The notes beneath the pieces were generated by a model, which saw only the letters and a program-made list of their open reading frames with translations, did no database searches and was not told the origin of the DNA. The position numbers were made by a program, and so were the translations under genes. From a virus (Duplodnaviria > Caudoviricetes), in IMG/VR virus record IMGVR_UViG_3300013767_000189, positions 1 through 24,919 of that record: a DNA stretch of 24,919 nucleotides. The stretch is one strand, 5' to 3'. Shown here piece by piece: positions 24,713 through 24,919 of the stretch; positions within the stretch are counted from its first letter, which is position 1, and every line of letters starts with the position of its first letter.

Positions 24713-24919
24713 TCAGTCAAACAGTTGCAGCAACGGCCGTGCGCGTGTGGCGGTGTCGAGCGGCGGCAAATGGACGGGCGTGTCGGCCGGCAGCACGACG
24801 CCGAGGCTGGCGAGCCCGGTGTTGGCTTCAAGCACGGTTTCGACGGTGCCGTCCGTGCGGCCGTAATGGCGCCAGCACAGCGCGTCGACGGTGTCGCCCT
24901 GCAAGGTGCGCACCATCAT
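24713..24919 (-). CDS. X: P2 gpX-like tail protein
   Basis: 'QGDTVDALCWRHYGRTDGTVETVLEANTGLA...LP'; 68 aa. Confidence 0.9.
   Translation of the reverse strand: MMVRTLQGDTVDALCWRHYGRTDGTVETVLEANTGLASLGVVLPADTPVHLPPLDTATRARPLLQLFD

Larger units (their letters stand above)
2124..24919. mobile_element. P2-like prophage or prophage-derived tailocin-like locus at tRNA-Arg (right end not in window)
   Basis: The integrase ends 15 bp from the tRNA 3' end. Ogr activator, P2-order baseplate and tail genes and a lysis cassette follow. No second copy of the tRNA 3' end (attR) was seen in the window. Confidence 0.93.

Overview
GC-rich betaproteobacterial chromosome segment; the proteins and gene order look like Burkholderia (inference). 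Bases 1-2123 are host core: the 3' part of a Rep/UvrD helicase gene, a bidirectional terminator, a di-heme cytochrome c5 gene and tRNA-Arg(CCG). A P2-like prophage-derived element starts right after the tRNA and runs off the right edge. Its early module holds a tyrosine integrase, an HTH excisionase, a probable origin region, a 930-aa TOPRIM primase/P-loop helicase, small ORFs, an Ogr/Delta late activator, an RHH regulator and a divergent XRE repressor. Next come a small gene behind a LexA box, a nearly complete contractile tail (D, U, T, E/E' frameshift, FII, FI, G, H, I, J, W, V, R, X) and a five-gene lysis cassette. No capsid, terminase or portal genes are visible, but the window ends at gpX, just before where P2 head genes would start. 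Tail-completion gene S is missing and its place holds non-coding DNA with a 107-bp-period degenerate duplication. Main hypothesis: a domesticated, SOS-inducible tail-producing (tailocin-like) element that keeps replication and excision genes and is switched on by a LexA-controlled small protein acting on a non-cleavable repressor.
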